Shown here: in pieces, positions 1 through 11,635 of the stretch
Numbering within the stretch: position 1 is the stretch's first letter
Layout of the letters: the number at the start of each line of letters is the position of its first letter
Assembly: GCA_963796685.1 (NCBI GenBank)
Contig: CAWCMR010000017.1
Location: 1 to 52,045, forward strand
Length of the DNA stretch: 52,045 nt
Origin: an uncultured delta proteobacterium
GTDB lineage: Bacteria > Myxococcota_A > Polyangia > Fen-1088
Reading direction: 5' to 3'
The notes under the pieces: generated by a model
Database searches by the model: none
Told to the model about the DNA's origin: nothing
Seen by the model: only the letters and a program-made list of their open reading frames with translations
Made by a program: the position numbers and the translations under genes

Positions 1-86
1 CGCACACCACCTATGGAGCGATCGGTGTGAAGTGCTGGATCTTCAAGGGCGAGGTTTTGCCCCAACGGGCAGGTCGTCTGGCCTAG
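1..86 (+). CDS. rpsC: 30S ribosomal protein S3, C-terminal fragment (truncated by window edge)
   Basis: Frame from nt 3 reads HTTYGAIGVKCWIFKGE...; TAG at 84-86; directly upstream of rplP. Confidence 0.93.
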   Translation, partial: HTTYGAIGVKCWIFKGEVLPQRAGRLA

Positions 87-117
87 TCGATAGCGGCTCA
101 AGCGACGAGAGGAAGTC

Positions 118-534
118 ATGCTAGCACCAGATAGAGTCAAGTGGCGCAAACAGCAGAAGGGCAAGATGCGCGGGGTTTCCAAGGGGGGGACCACGGTGTC
201 CTTCGGGGAATTCGGACTGCAGGCCATGACCTGCGGTTTCGTGACGGCCCGCCAAATCGAGGCCGCCCGAACAGCAATCTCGCGTCACGTGAAGCGCGGC
301 GGAAAGCTCTACGTGCGCATCTTCCCCGATAAGCCGATTTCGAAGAAGCCCGCCGAGACGCGCATGGGAAAGGGCAAGGGGACTCCGGAAGAGTGGGTCG
401 CCGTGGTAAGGCCTGGTCGGGTTCTCTATGAGCTTGAAGGCGTTTCCGTGGAGCTCGCCAAGCAGGCCTTCCACTTGGCAAGACACAAGCTGGCGGTCCA
501 GACGCGCGTGATTGGCCGGGAGCAGATGCTATGA
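118..534 (+). CDS. rplP: 50S ribosomal protein L16
   Basis: [15 protein letters not shown]...RIFPDKP...RMGKGKG motifs; S10 operon order. Confidence 0.98.
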   Translation: MLAPDRVKWRKQQKGKMRGVSKGGTTVSFGEFGLQAMTCGFVTARQIEAARTAISRHVKRGGKLYVRIFPDKPISKKPAETRMGKGKGTPEEWVAVVRPGRVLYELEGVSVELAKQAFHLARHKLAVQTRVIGREQML

Positions 535-761
535 AAAGCAAGATTCAAGCGAAGGATCTGCGCGGTAACGAGACCGCGGAGATCGAACGCACGCTGAAGA
601 AGCTGCGGGAGGATCTCTTCCAGCAACGTCTCAAGCACAATACCAACCAGATTGAAAACACGATGGTGATTCGCAACACGCGTCGCGACATCGCCCGCAT
701 TTGCACCGTGCTCGCCGAACAGTCGAAACAAGCGGCGGTGGCGACTGCCAAGGAGAAATAG
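531..761 (+). CDS. rpmC: 50S ribosomal protein L29
   Basis: AKDLR...LREDLFQQR...[14 protein letters not shown]; ATGA overlap with rplP. Confidence 0.95.
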   Translation: MKSKIQAKDLRGNETAEIERTLKKLREDLFQQRLKHNTNQIENTMVIRNTRRDIARICTVLAEQSKQAAVATAKEK

Positions 762-764
762 GCC

Positions 765-1079
765 GTGGAGAAAGAACACGCAACGTCTACTGGCAGCGCG
801 GCACCCGCGGAAACGGGGCGGGCACTGGGCTCGAAGCGGAAGCTTGTCGGTATCGTCGTCGGCGACAAGATGAACAAGACCCGCGTGGTCGTGGTCGAGC
901 GACGTCTGGCGCACTCGAAGTACGGCAAATACATGACCCGTAGGACGAAGTACAAGGCCCACGACGAAAAGAATGAATTTCGCGTAGGCGATAGGGTGGA
1001 GATCGTTGAATCACGTCCGCTGTCGCGTGAGAAGCGCTGGCGCGTGGAACGACTTCTGGAGCGGCCGCAGGAGGGCTAG
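765..1079 (+). CDS. rpsQ: 30S ribosomal protein S17 with N-terminal extension
   Basis: [11 protein letters not shown]...KYKAHDE...RPLSREKRW; GTG start with GGAG upstream. Confidence 0.97.
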   Translation: MEKEHATSTGSAAPAETGRALGSKRKLVGIVVGDKMNKTRVVVVERRLAHSKYGKYMTRRTKYKAHDEKNEFRVGDRVEIVESRPLSREKRWRVERLLERPQEG

Positions 1080-1117
1080 ATCCTCCCAGGTTCTTTCAAA
1101 AGACTGCAGGTTTACAC

Positions 1118-1486
1118 ATGGTCCAAACGACAACAAACCTCGATGTAGCCGACAATTCGGGTGCCAAGAAAATCATGTGCATCCGCGTGCTCGGCGGCAC
1201 AAAGCGAAAATACGCATCCTTGGGCGACGTAATTATCGTTTCCGTCAAGGAAGCTATCGCCAACTCCAAGGTCAAGAAGGGCGAGGTCGCGCGGGCGGTG
1301 ATCGTGCGGACGAAGAAGGAAATCTCGCGCCAGGATGGCTCGTACATCCGGTTCGATTCCAATTCGGCCGTGCTCGTGGACAAGGACAACGAGCCCATCG
1401 GGACGCGTATCTTTGGCCCGGTCGCCCGCGAGCTGCGCGCAAAACGATTCATGAAGATCATCTCGCTCGCGCCGGAGGTCCTCTAA
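1118..1486 (+). CDS. rplN: 50S ribosomal protein L14
   Basis: VADNSGAK...[13 protein letters not shown]...SLAPEVL. Confidence 0.99.
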   Translation: MVQTTTNLDVADNSGAKKIMCIRVLGGTKRKYASLGDVIIVSVKEAIANSKVKKGEVARAVIVRTKKEISRQDGSYIRFDSNSAVLVDKDNEPIGTRIFGPVARELRAKRFMKIISLAPEVL

Positions 1487-1803
1487 TGCACGTTCACAAG
1501 GGGGACACCATCGTCGTCATGGCCGGAAAAGAGAAGGGCAAGCGCGGTAAGATTCTGCGTGTCATGACGGACAAGGATCGGGTGGTGGTGGAGCGCGTGA
1601 ACATAGTCAAGCGCCACACCAAGCCGACGCAGGCCAATCCGAGCGGTGGCATCCTGGAAAAGGAAGGCACTATCGCGATGTCCAATGTGGCTCTGTGGTG
1701 CGGAAAGTGCGGCAAGGGAAGACGAGCCAAGGCGGACATTCGGGAGGGGCAGAAGAAGAGGCGACTTTGTGTGAAGTGCGGAAGCCCGCTCGAATCGGCA
1801 TAA
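1486..1803 (+). CDS. rplX: 50S ribosomal protein L24 (two CxxC motifs)
   Basis: ATG overlaps rplN TAA; [26 protein letters not shown] motif; CGKC...CVKC. Confidence 0.96.
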   Translation: MHVHKGDTIVVMAGKEKGKRGKILRVMTDKDRVVVERVNIVKRHTKPTQANPSGGILEKEGTIAMSNVALWCGKCGKGRRAKADIREGQKKRRLCVKCGSPLESA

Positions 1804-1831
1804 GCGCTGACGGCTAGAAGGAACACTGACG

Positions 1832-2575
1832 ATGGCTGAAGAAAACGAGAAAGCCGAAAAGGCAGCAGAAAAGCCTCAGAAGGCTGCGAAGCCGGCGCAG
1901 ACGCCGGAGCAGGCAGCAGAGGCCGCGGTGAAGAAGGCGGCACGCGCCGCCGGCAAGGGTGGCAAGGGCAAGGACGCTGGCCGGGGCGGTGGGGCAAAGC
2001 CCGAGCTCGCGACCGAAAAGGTCAAGCGATCCGAGGCTGCCCGCCTGCGCAAGGTGTATGAAACGGAGGTGCGCGGCAAACTGCTGACCGAGCTTGGCCT
2101 CAAGAACATCATGCAGGCCCCGCGCATCCAGAAGATCACCGTCAACATGGGGCTCGGCGAGGCCATCACCAACCCCAAGATCCTTGATTCCGGTGTCGAG
2201 GATCTTGCGGCCATCACCGGACAGCGGCCGGTGGTCACGAAGTCGGCCAAGGCCATCGCAGCGTTCAAGCTCAAGGGCGGTCAGAAGATCGGCGCCATGG
2301 TGACGCTTCGCCGCGACAGCATGTACGAATTCCTGGATCGCCTGATCACCTTCGCCTTGCCCCGCGTTCGCGACTTCAAGGGCGTGTCGCCCAAGGGGTT
2401 CGACGGCCGAGGGAACTTCACCATGGGCGTTCGAGAAGGCAGCATTTTCCCGGAAACCGGCGTCGACAAGCTGGAGAAGCCCAAGGGCATGAACATCACC
2501 ATCACCACCACCGCGCGCACCGACGAACAAGGTCGCGCCTTACTGCGCCACCTTGGAATGCCGTTTAGGAGCTAG
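1832..2575 (+). CDS. rplE: 50S ribosomal protein L5 with Ala/Lys-rich N-terminal extension
   Basis: [11 protein letters not shown]...LPRVRDFKG...FDGRGN...GMPF. Confidence 0.97.
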   Translation: MAEENEKAEKAAEKPQKAAKPAQTPEQAAEAAVKKAARAAGKGGKGKDAGRGGGAKPELATEKVKRSEAARLRKVYETEVRGKLLTELGLKNIMQAPRIQKITVNMGLGEAITNPKILDSGVEDLAAITGQRPVVTKSAKAIAAFKLKGGQKIGAMVTLRRDSMYEFLDRLITFALPRVRDFKGVSPKGFDGRGNFTMGVREGSIFPETGVDKLEKPKGMNITITTTARTDEQGRALLRHLGMPFRS

Positions 2576-2580
2576 CGAAC

Positions 2581-2760
2581 ATGGCGAAGACGGTCGATCT
2601 CTTTCCCAAAACCCCAAAATTCAAAGTGCGCAAGCACAGTCGGTGCAAGCAGTGTGGCCGCTCTCGCGGCTACTACCGCAAATTCGAGTTGTGCCGTATC
2701 TGTTTCAGATTGTTCTCCCTCCGAGGTGACATCCCCGGTGTCATCAAGTCGAGTTGGTAG
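2581..2760 (+). CDS. rpsN: 30S ribosomal protein S14 type Z (59 aa, not in ORF track)
   Basis: Translated by hand: [43 protein letters not shown]...IPGVIKSSW. Confidence 0.96.
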   Translation: MAKTVDLFPKTPKFKVRKHSRCKQCGRSRGYYRKFELCRICFRLFSLRGDIPGVIKSSW

Positions 2761-2762
2761 CC

Positions 2763-3158
2763 ATGACTGATCCAATTGCCGATTTCCTGACACGCATTCG
2801 CAATGCCATCCTGGCCCGCCGGGCCGACGTGACTTGCCCGTCTTCGACCCTCAAGGTCAGACTGGCGGAAGTCATGAAGGACGAAGGCTATATCCAGGGG
2901 TATGACGTGCGCCCCGGTTTCGACGGTCACAGCGAAATCATCGTTCGCCTGCGCTGGGCCGAACCGGGCGCGAATGCCATCACGGGTTTGCGCCGACGCT
3001 CCCGTCCCGGGCAGCGCGTGTACGTCGGGCATGACCACCTCGCCAAGGTGCGATCGGGTCTTGGCGTGGCCATCCTTTCAACCTCTCGTGGTCTCATGAC
3101 CGACCGTGCGGCGCGCAAGGCGGGCATCGGTGGCGAGCTGCTCTGCGAGGTTTGGTAA
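2763..3158 (+). CDS. rpsH: 30S ribosomal protein S8
   Basis: MTDPIADFLTRIRNA...SRPGQRVY...ILSTSRG...GGELLCEVW. Confidence 0.98.
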   Translation: MTDPIADFLTRIRNAILARRADVTCPSSTLKVRLAEVMKDEGYIQGYDVRPGFDGHSEIIVRLRWAEPGANAITGLRRRSRPGQRVYVGHDHLAKVRSGLGVAILSTSRGLMTDRAARKAGIGGELLCEVW

Positions 3159-3712
3159 TGTCACGCATCGGTCGCAAGCCCGTGACGATCCCCAAGGGGG
3201 TCACGGTGGTACAGAAGAGCGGCCAGTTCGCGGTCAAAGGGCCCAAAGGCGAGCTGGCCAAGCACATGCCCTCGGGCGTCTCCATCAAGGTCGAGGGCGA
3301 CAAGGTCGTCGTGGGCCGGGCCGACGATTCCGGGCCGAACCGGGCAAGGCATGGCCTCGTCCGTGCCCACTTGGCCAACATGGTGAAGGGCGTGACCGAG
3401 GGCTGGAAACGGGAGCTCGAAATCAACGGCGTCGGTTATCGCGCCGAGGTCTCCGGAGATTCCATCACCTTCGCGCTTGGCTATTCGCACCCTATCGTGT
3501 TCAAGTTGCCGAAGTCGATCACCGCGAAGGTCGAGAAGAATCGACTGACCTTGGTGTCGTCCGACAAGGATGAGCTGGGACAGATCTCGGCAAAGATTCG
3601 CGAGCTGCGTCCCCCCGAGCCGTACAAGGGCAAGGGCGTGAAGTACGTCGAGGAAGTCATCAAGAAGAAGGTTGGAAAAGCCGCTGCAACAGGCGGTGGT
3701 TCGGGTGGATAG
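3158..3712 (+). CDS. rplF: 50S ribosomal protein L6
   Basis: MSRIGRKPV...GVGYRA...[13 protein letters not shown]; ATG overlaps rpsH TAA. Confidence 0.98.
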   Translation: MSRIGRKPVTIPKGVTVVQKSGQFAVKGPKGELAKHMPSGVSIKVEGDKVVVGRADDSGPNRARHGLVRAHLANMVKGVTEGWKRELEINGVGYRAEVSGDSITFALGYSHPIVFKLPKSITAKVEKNRLTLVSSDKDELGQISAKIRELRPPEPYKGKGVKYVEEVIKKKVGKAAATGGGSGG

Positions 3713-3753
3713 GCGCTAGGGCAATCTCGGAAGAAACGGGAAGAAGAACATTC

Positions 3754-4125
3754 ATGGCCACGAAGAGCAAATTCGACTCGCGCAATCGAAGGCATCGTTC
3801 GATACGCAAACGTCTCTCGGGTACGCCCGAGCGACCCCGCCTGGTCGTCTACCGCAGCGCCCGCCACATCTATGCTCAGATTATTGACGATCTCAGCAAG
3901 AAGACCTTGTTCGCCGCCTCCGATCTCATCCCCAAGAAGGAGATCCCCGCGGATGCTCCCAAGGGAAAGAAGCGCGATCGGGCCAAGCAGGTCGGAGCCT
4001 TGGTCGCGAAGAAGTGCCTGGAAAAGGGCATTTCGCAGGTGGTGTTCGATCGGGGCGGTTACCGGTACCATGGTCGCGTTTCGTCCGTGGCGACGGGCGC
4101 GCGCGAAGCAGGGTTGAAGTTCTAG
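3754..4125 (+). CDS. rplR: 50S ribosomal protein L18
   Basis: RPRLVVYRS...[14 protein letters not shown]...AREAGLKF. Confidence 0.98.
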   Translation: MATKSKFDSRNRRHRSIRKRLSGTPERPRLVVYRSARHIYAQIIDDLSKKTLFAASDLIPKKEIPADAPKGKKRDRAKQVGALVAKKCLEKGISQVVFDRGGYRYHGRVSSVATGAREAGLKF

Positions 4126-4164
4126 GGTGTGTAGTTTCAAAGGCACTGAGGTCTAGGAGCAAGA

Positions 4165-4671
4165 ATGGCGATTAACTACGAAGAGGTCGGCGAGCTGGTC
4201 GACAGCGTCGTGTTCATCAACCGCGTCGCGAAGGTCGTGAAAGGTGGCCGCAGATTCTCATTTTCGGCACTGGTCGTGGTCGGCGACCAGCACGGTTACG
4301 TCGGGGCCGGTTTGGGCAAGGCCAACGAAGTTCCCGAGGCGATCCGCAAGGGAACCGAGCAGGCCAAGAAGAGCCTGTTCAAGATTCCCCTCGTGGGAAC
4401 CACCATCCCACACGAGGTGAAGGGAAACTTCGGCGCGGGGACCGTCGTTCTGCGTCCAGCGAGCCCTGGAACCGGTGTCATTGCCGGTGGCGCGGTTCGT
4501 CCAGTTCTCGAGGTCGCGGGCGTGCAGGACATCCTCACCAAGTGCATCGGGACGTCCAACCCGCACAATGTCATTCACGCCACCATCGACGCGCTCAAGC
4601 GCCTTTCCAGCGGCGAGGCCGTGGCCGCCCTTCGTGGCAAGCGCCTCGAAGACATCTTGGCAGCGGGGTAG
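4165..4671 (+). CDS. rpsE: 30S ribosomal protein S5
   Basis: [24 protein letters not shown]...PGTGVIAGG. Confidence 0.99.
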   Translation: MAINYEEVGELVDSVVFINRVAKVVKGGRRFSFSALVVVGDQHGYVGAGLGKANEVPEAIRKGTEQAKKSLFKIPLVGTTIPHEVKGNFGAGTVVLRPASPGTGVIAGGAVRPVLEVAGVQDILTKCIGTSNPHNVIHATIDALKRLSSGEAVAALRGKRLEDILAAG

Positions 4672-4674
4672 ATC

Positions 4675-4860
4675 ATGGCAACGAAGCTGAAAGTCACGTT
4701 GGTTCGCAGCGGCATCAACCGCCCTCTACCGCACAAGCTGACGGCCGCGAAACTGGGGCTGGGCAAGCGCGGTCGAACCGTGATACTGCCTGACAATCCG
4801 GCGGTACGCGGCATGATTCGGTCGATTTCACACCTTGTGAAGGTCGAAGCGGCGGAGTAA
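4675..4860 (+). CDS. rpmD: 50S ribosomal protein L30
   Basis: LKVTLVRS...LGLGK...DNPAVRGMI; lies between rpsE and rplO. Confidence 0.95.
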   Translation: MATKLKVTLVRSGINRPLPHKLTAAKLGLGKRGRTVILPDNPAVRGMIRSISHLVKVEAAE

Positions 4861-4893
4861 GGAACGCGCAAGATTTCCGAAAGGGACTGAGAT

Positions 4894-5349
4894 ATGGGCA
4901 CGACGTTACATGATTTGAAAGGTCCTCGCGGCGCAACGAGAAATCGCAAGCGCGTGGGACGTGGTCCAGGTTCGGGAACGGGCGAGCAATCCGGGAAGGG
5001 CGTGAAGGGCCAGAAGGCCCGCACGGGCCATCATGGTGCGCGTTTCGGCTTCGAGGGTGGTCAGATGCCGATGCAGCGGCGTCTACCCAAGAAGGGGTTC
5101 AAGAATATTTTTCGCAAGGAAATCTTCGCCGTGAACCTGTCCGACATCGATGCACGCTTCGAGGCCGGCACGGTCACCATCGACGAGCTCAAGGGGGTCG
5201 GGTTGGTACCCCGTCGCTGCGATTGCATCAAGGTGCTGGGCGGCGGCGAGCTGACGAAGAAGTTCGTCGTGAAGGCCGATGCCTTCTCGGCCAGCGCCAA
5301 AGACAAGATCGAGAAAAAGGGCGGACGCGCCGAGTTGGCCAATGGCTGA
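4894..5349 (+). CDS. rplO: 50S ribosomal protein L15
   Basis: [11 protein letters not shown]...[15 protein letters not shown]. Confidence 0.98.
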   Translation: MGTTLHDLKGPRGATRNRKRVGRGPGSGTGEQSGKGVKGQKARTGHHGARFGFEGGQMPMQRRLPKKGFKNIFRKEIFAVNLSDIDARFEAGTVTIDELKGVGLVPRRCDCIKVLGGGELTKKFVVKADAFSASAKDKIEKKGGRAELANG

Positions 5350-5376
5350 TGAACTTGGCCCAAGATTCGACCGGAT

Positions 5377-5415
5377 CATCGCGGGAGGGCATGGGAACCT
5401 TTTGAGGGTTCCCAT
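5377..5415. repeat. Partial REP-like element (family A)
   Basis: catcgcgggaggg-catgggaacc-ttttga-gggttcccat; shares sequence with 25719-25794 and 51855-51932; ATGGGAACC/GGTTCCCAT stem. Confidence 0.65.
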
Positions 5416-5430
5416 CTCCAGGAGGAACTG

Positions 5431-6777
<1,347 letters not shown>

Positions 6778-6887
6778 GTTTGCAAACCGAAGAAGACCCA
6801 TCTCATGGCCAACCGCCTACCACATCACGCCGGTTCAACCGCCGTTGCAAGCTCGTATGTCGTCCCGCACGGACGCATGAGGTGCGC

Positions 6888-7643
6888 TTGAAGGGTATCG
6901 AGCTCAAGACCGCGGCGCAGATTGCCAAGTTGCGCGAGGCAAATCTCATTGTCTCGGAGGTGCTCGATGCCATCGCCGCTGCCGCAGCCATCGGGGTCAC
7001 CACCTGGGATCTCGAGCTCGTGGCTCGACGCCAGCTCAAGGAGCGCGCTGCGGAATCGGCATTTCTCGGGTATCGCGGCTATCCTGCCGTGCTGTGCACC
7101 TCGGTGAACAGCGTGATCGTCCACGGCATACCGCGCAAAGACGTCGTCTTGAAGGACGGCGACATTCTTTCAGTCGACTTTGGCGCCTACAAGGACGGCT
7201 GGTGCGGCGATTCGGCGCGCACGCTGCCGATTGGCACCATTTCCGACAAAGCTCGCGCCCTGATGGAGGCGACCCGGATCAGCCTGGACAAGGCCATCGA
7301 GCAGTGCGTGCCCGGCAACCGACTGGGCGATATCGGCTGGGCCGTGCAGGCCTATGTCGAGAAGCGCGGGTTCTCGGTGGTCGAGCAGTTCGCCGGACAT
7401 GGCATCGGGCGCCGCATGCACGAACCGCCACAGGTCCTGAACTACGGGCCAGCCGGGCGCGGCCCCCGTCTCAGCGCAGGGATGGTGATTGCCATCGAAC
7501 CCATGGTAAACGAAGGCGGCCCCGAGGTCGTCATCGAGGACGACGGGTGGACTGCTGTAACGAAAGATGGTAGCCTCTCCGCCCATTTTGAGCACTCGGT
7601 GGCGATCACCGAAAATGGCCCGATGGTTCTCTCGCGGGCGTGA
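6888..7643 (+). CDS. map: Type I methionine aminopeptidase
   Basis: [38 protein letters not shown]; TTG start at 6888 with GAGGTG upstream (ORF track extends to 6780). Confidence 0.96.
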   Translation: MKGIELKTAAQIAKLREANLIVSEVLDAIAAAAAIGVTTWDLELVARRQLKERAAESAFLGYRGYPAVLCTSVNSVIVHGIPRKDVVLKDGDILSVDFGAYKDGWCGDSARTLPIGTISDKARALMEATRISLDKAIEQCVPGNRLGDIGWAVQAYVEKRGFSVVEQFAGHGIGRRMHEPPQVLNYGPAGRGPRLSAGMVIAIEPMVNEGGPEVVIEDDGWTAVTKDGSLSAHFEHSVAITENGPMVLSRA

Positions 7644-7659
7644 AACGGAAGAGTGTCCT

Positions 7660-7773
7660 ATGAAGGTCAGAGCCTCAGTCAAGAAGATCTGCGACAAGTG
7701 CAAGGTCATCCGGCGACGCGGAGTCGTTCGGGTCATTTGCGAGAATGCCCGCCACAAGCAGCGGCAGGGCTAA
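7660..7773 (+). CDS. rpmJ: 50S ribosomal protein L36 (zinc-ribbon type)
   Basis: [37 protein letters not shown]. Confidence 0.98.
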   Translation: MKVRASVKKICDKCKVIRRRGVVRVICENARHKQRQG

Positions 7774-7806
7774 GCGGTAGAAGTTCAGGAAAGGAATCCC
7801 AAGCCG

Positions 7807-8196
7807 ATGGCACGCGTAGCAGGCGTCGATCTCCCACGAAACAAGCGCATGGAATTTGCGCTGACCTACATCAATGGCATCGGCCTGACCAGGGCCCGCG
7901 AGGTGCTCAAGGCAGCGGGTATCTCGCTGGACAAGCGCAGCGACGCGCTCGACGATGCCGAATCCCGACGCATCCGCGAAGTCATCGAGCAGATGGGGCT
8001 CAAGGTCGAAGGCGACCTGCAGCGCGAAATCTCGATGAACATCAAGCGGCTGATGGATCTGGGGTGCTACCGTGGACTTCGTCACCGCAAGAGTCTGCCG
8101 GTGCGCGGACAGCGAACCAAGACCAATGCACGCACGCGCAAGGGCCCGCGCAAAGGGCAGATGATCAAGCGCAAGACCGAAGGGACTGGCGCCTAG
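7807..8196 (+). CDS. rpsM: 30S ribosomal protein S13
   Basis: [10 protein letters not shown]...[24 protein letters not shown]. Confidence 0.99.
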   Translation: MARVAGVDLPRNKRMEFALTYINGIGLTRAREVLKAAGISLDKRSDALDDAESRRIREVIEQMGLKVEGDLQREISMNIKRLMDLGCYRGLRHRKSLPVRGQRTKTNARTRKGPRKGQMIKRKTEGTGA

Positions 8197-8242
8197 GATT
8201 TCGATCGAGGTAGCGGAACCTTCAGCATAGAACGGACAAGAC

Positions 8243-8653
8243 ATGGCGACAGAGAACGAAGCAGCAGCGAAGCCGGCAAAGGTCAAGGTCAAGAAGGCGC
8301 GCAAGAGCGTCCAGAGCGGTATCGCGTATATCACCGCGTCCTTCAACAACACCATCGTTACCATCACCGACGTTTCCGGGAACGTGGTGTCCTGGTCCTC
8401 GGCTGGCGTCAAGGGCTTCAAAGGTTCGCGCAAGTCGACCCCGTTCGCCGCCCAACTTGCGGCCGACGATGCGGCCCACAAGGCGATGGAACACGGAATG
8501 AAGTCGATCAACGTCTTCATCCGTGGTCCGGGGTCGGGCCGCGAGTCGGCGCTGCGCGCGCTGGCTTCGGCCGGGTTCAAGATCAACGTGATCCGGGATC
8601 TTACCCCGATACCGCACAACGGTTGTAGGCCGCCCAAGCGGCGCAGGGTCTGA
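8243..8653 (+). CDS. rpsK: 30S ribosomal protein S11
   Basis: [12 protein letters not shown]...[14 protein letters not shown]...[13 protein letters not shown]. Confidence 0.99.
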   Translation: MATENEAAAKPAKVKVKKARKSVQSGIAYITASFNNTIVTITDVSGNVVSWSSAGVKGFKGSRKSTPFAAQLAADDAAHKAMEHGMKSINVFIRGPGSGRESALRALASAGFKINVIRDLTPIPHNGCRPPKRRRV

Positions 8654-8707
8654 TGGGACTTGGTTGGGTTTCTAGGACAGTGAAAGAACGAGGAAGGTAA
8701 AATACCG

Positions 8708-9337
8708 ATGGCGAAGTATTCCGGTCCGGTTTGCCGCTTGTGTCGCCGGGAAGACACCAAGCTCTTCTTGAAAGGCGACCGTTGCTATACCGACAAGTGC
8801 GGCTACGAGCGGCGGGCCTATGCGCCCGGCCAGCACGGGCAGGCGAGACGTAGGAAGCTCTCGAACTACGGCTCGCAGTTGCGCGAGAAACAGAAGCTCA
8901 AGCGCATGTATGGCCTCGCCGAACGGCAGTTCCGCGGCTACTACCAGAAGGCGACGCGTATGAAGGGGGTTGCCGGCGAGAATCTGCTCCAACTTCTCGA
9001 GCGCCGACTGGACAACGTCGTCTACCGCCTGGGGTTCGCCTCCGATCACGCCGAGGCCCGCCAGTTGGTGCGCCACGGACACTTCATGGTCAACGGCAAG
9101 AAAGTGAATATCCCTTCGTACCTCTGTGGCTTGAACGACGCCATCGTCGTCTGCGATCCTTCGAAGAAGGTGACGCGCATCCTCGAAAGCCTGGGTGCGG
9201 TGGATCGTCGGGGCGTGCCCAAGTGGCTGCAACTCGACAAGGACAATTTCCAGGGCAAGCTCGTGACACTGCCGTCGCGAGAGGATCTCACGATGACGGT
9301 CAGAGAGCAGCTCGTCGTCGAACTTTATTCCAAGTAG
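8708..9337 (+). CDS. rpsD: 30S ribosomal protein S4 (Zn-binding form)
   Basis: CRLCRRE...RCYTDKC; [22 protein letters not shown]; VVELYSK. Confidence 0.99.
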   Translation: MAKYSGPVCRLCRREDTKLFLKGDRCYTDKCGYERRAYAPGQHGQARRRKLSNYGSQLREKQKLKRMYGLAERQFRGYYQKATRMKGVAGENLLQLLERRLDNVVYRLGFASDHAEARQLVRHGHFMVNGKKVNIPSYLCGLNDAIVVCDPSKKVTRILESLGAVDRRGVPKWLQLDKDNFQGKLVTLPSREDLTMTVREQLVVELYSK

Positions 9338-9387
9338 CCACCGCCGCTGCGAAGCTATTGATTCCTAGAATCGAACAGGAGAACAGG

Positions 9388-10434
9388 ATGTCGACCGCTA
9401 GTGCTCAGACCACCGCCGTCACGCCGTCTGCATTTATTGCAAGGAACTGGCGCGACCCCATCAGGCCACGCAAGCTTGAGGTGGACGCCGAATCGCTGAC
9501 GCCGAATTATGGCAAATTCGCCTGCGAGCCGCTCGAACGTGGTTTCGGAACCACCATCGGCAATGGCATTCGCAGGGTGCTTCTTTCGTCGTTGCAAGGC
9601 GCCGCCATCACCGCCGTGAAGATCGAAGGCGCCGTGCACGAGTTTACCTCGCTGCCGGAGGTCGCCGAGGACGTCACGGATATCGTGCTCAACCTGAAGG
9701 AAGTCATCATCCGTTCCCACGATGGCAAGCCGCACACGGTTCGCATCGACAAGGACGGTGAGGGCAAGGTTACGGCCAAGGATATCCAGTGCCCCGAGGG
9801 TATCGAGATCCTCAATCCCGACCACCACATCATGACCTGCTCCAAGGGCGCCAAGGTGCGCATGGAGCTCGACGTCGGAATCGGGCGCGGCTACGTTCCC
9901 GCCGACCGGAACAAGCAGCCCAACATGGCGGTTGGGGTCGTTCCCATCGACTCGCTTTTCTCGCCTATTCGCAAGGTCAATTTCAGCGTGACCAATGCGC
10001 GTGTCGGGCAGCAGACCGACTACGACCGCCTGACCCTCGAGGTGTGGACCAACGGCACGGTCAAACCCGAGGACGCCGTGGCCTATGCGGCCAAGATCTT
10101 CAAGGATCAGCTGTCCATCTTCATCAATTTCCAAGAGGGTGCCGAGCCGGCCCCCGAGGCCACGGTCTCCGAAGAGCAGCAGAAGCTCAACGAGAACCTG
10201 TGGAAATCGGTCGACGATTTGGAGCTGTCGGTGCGTTCGGCGAACTGCTTGCAGAACGCCAACATTCGCTACATCGGCGAGCTGGTGCAGAAGACCGAGT
10301 CCGACATGCTCAAGACCAAGAACTTCGGGCGCAAGTCGCTCAAGGAGATCAAGGAAATCCTCGCCGGCATGGGGCTTTCCCTGGGAATGAAATTGGAAGG
10401 CTGGCCTGGTGACGGCCCGCCGAAGAAGGCCTAG
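9388..10434 (+). CDS. rpoA: RNA polymerase subunit alpha
   Basis: [22 protein letters not shown]; [10 protein letters not shown]; [11 protein letters not shown]; ATG 9388 after AGGAG. Confidence 0.99.
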   Translation: MSTASAQTTAVTPSAFIARNWRDPIRPRKLEVDAESLTPNYGKFACEPLERGFGTTIGNGIRRVLLSSLQGAAITAVKIEGAVHEFTSLPEVAEDVTDIVLNLKEVIIRSHDGKPHTVRIDKDGEGKVTAKDIQCPEGIEILNPDHHIMTCSKGAKVRMELDVGIGRGYVPADRNKQPNMAVGVVPIDSLFSPIRKVNFSVTNARVGQQTDYDRLTLEVWTNGTVKPEDAVAYAAKIFKDQLSIFINFQEGAEPAPEATVSEEQQKLNENLWKSVDDLELSVRSANCLQNANIRYIGELVQKTESDMLKTKNFGRKSLKEIKEILAGMGLSLGMKLEGWPGDGPPKKA

Positions 10435-10527
10435 TCTGTCGCGGCGATCGTGCCAGCGACAGCGACAGCAAGGCGAAGCAGAGGCAGAAATTCCAACCAC
10501 GTAGATCGAGCGAGTACCTAGGCCAAC

Positions 10528-11169
10528 ATGCGACACAAGAGAGCTGGACTTCATCTTTCCCGAACGGCGGCCCACCGCAAGGCGCTGTTCTCCAACATGG
10601 TGTCGGCGCTGCTGACCTACGAGCGTATTCGCACCACGGCGGTCAAGGCCAAGGAGATCCGTCGCCTTGCCGAGCGCGCGATTACGTGGGCACGCAGGCT
10701 TGGCCCCATTCTCACCAAGAAGCCGGAGAAGCGCACCGACGAGGAGCGCTCCCGCGTGGTGCATGCCATGCGCATGGCCCTGCGGGTCGTTCGTGATCGC
10801 GACGCGGTCCTCAAGCTGTTCGAGGAGATCGGACCGCGCTTTCTCGCCCGTCATGGTGGCTACACGCGCATCATGAAGGTCGGTCAGCGGCCAGGCGACG
10901 CCGCCCCCATGGCGCTGTTGGAGCTGATCCCGGACGAGAACAGCAAGGCGGAGCCCAAGACCGCTCCCAAAGACAAGGGAACCAAGGAAGCCAAGGAGCC
11001 CGCCGAGGCCAAGGGCAAGGGCAAAGAGGCAGCTCCTGCCGAGCCCAAGGCCAAATCGAAGGCGAGGGCGGGGGCTGCGCCGAAGGTGAAGAAAGATGCT
11101 GGCGCTCGCGCACCGGCGAAGTCAGCCGCCACCATGAAACGCTCTGGCCGCAGCCGCGGTGGGGAATAG
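10528..11169 (+). CDS. rplQ: 50S ribosomal protein L17 with Lys/Ala-rich C-terminal tail
   Basis: MRHKRAG.HLSRT.AHRKAL...GGYTRIMK...GDAAPM. Confidence 0.97.
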   Translation: MRHKRAGLHLSRTAAHRKALFSNMVSALLTYERIRTTAVKAKEIRRLAERAITWARRLGPILTKKPEKRTDEERSRVVHAMRMALRVVRDRDAVLKLFEEIGPRFLARHGGYTRIMKVGQRPGDAAPMALLELIPDENSKAEPKTAPKDKGTKEAKEPAEAKGKGKEAAPAEPKAKSKARAGAAPKVKKDAGARAPAKSAATMKRSGRSRGGE

Positions 11170-11236
11170 TCAGCCGCGCTGGCGAGAATCGCCAGGGCGA
11201 AAAGACAGCGCGACTCTACCGCCGGTTCCGGGGGCG

Positions 11237-11266
11237 TTGACATGAGGCGTGTGGTGGCGGTAAGTC
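11237..11266 (+). promoter_or_regulatory. Putative sigma-70 promoter giving a leaderless fliO transcript
   Basis: TTGACA (11237-42), 18-nt spacer, TAAGTC (11261-66); predicted +1 falls on the A of ATG 11273. Confidence 0.45.
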
Positions 11267-11272
11267 CCAGGT

Positions 11273-11635
11273 ATGGGTGGTGCGCCGGGATCCGACCTCC
11301 CCAGCCTGGGGAGCTCACTTGTGCTGTCATTGGTTTCGCTGGCCCTGGTCTGCTTTGTCGCGTTCTTCGTCCTGCACTGGCTTGGCCGCAAAGGCGTCGG
11401 ACGTTCTGATGCCGGTGTGCGCGTCCTGGCTCGGTGCTTGCTCGAACCGCGACGTTCCGTCTATGTGATCGAAGCCGGAGGGCGCTGCTTCCTTGTTGGG
11501 GTGGGCGAGGGAGCCATGAGCCTGCTTGCGGAGATCGACAAGGCGGCTCTTCCCGCTCCACCCATTGACGCTGGCAAGATCCCGTCGAGCTTTGGCGATG
11601 TGCTCACCAGGGTGCTGCGGAGGCGCGGCCGATGA
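11273..11635 (+). CDS. fliO: FliO-like export-gate assembly protein
   Basis: Single N-terminal TM, then VRVLARCLLEPRRSVYVIEAGGRCFLVGVGEGAMSLLAEI (FliO pattern); precedes FliP-like gene. Confidence 0.8.
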   Translation: MGGAPGSDLPSLGSSLVLSLVSLALVCFVAFFVLHWLGRKGVGRSDAGVRVLARCLLEPRRSVYVIEAGGRCFLVGVGEGAMSLLAEIDKAALPAPPIDAGKIPSSFGDVLTRVLRRRGR

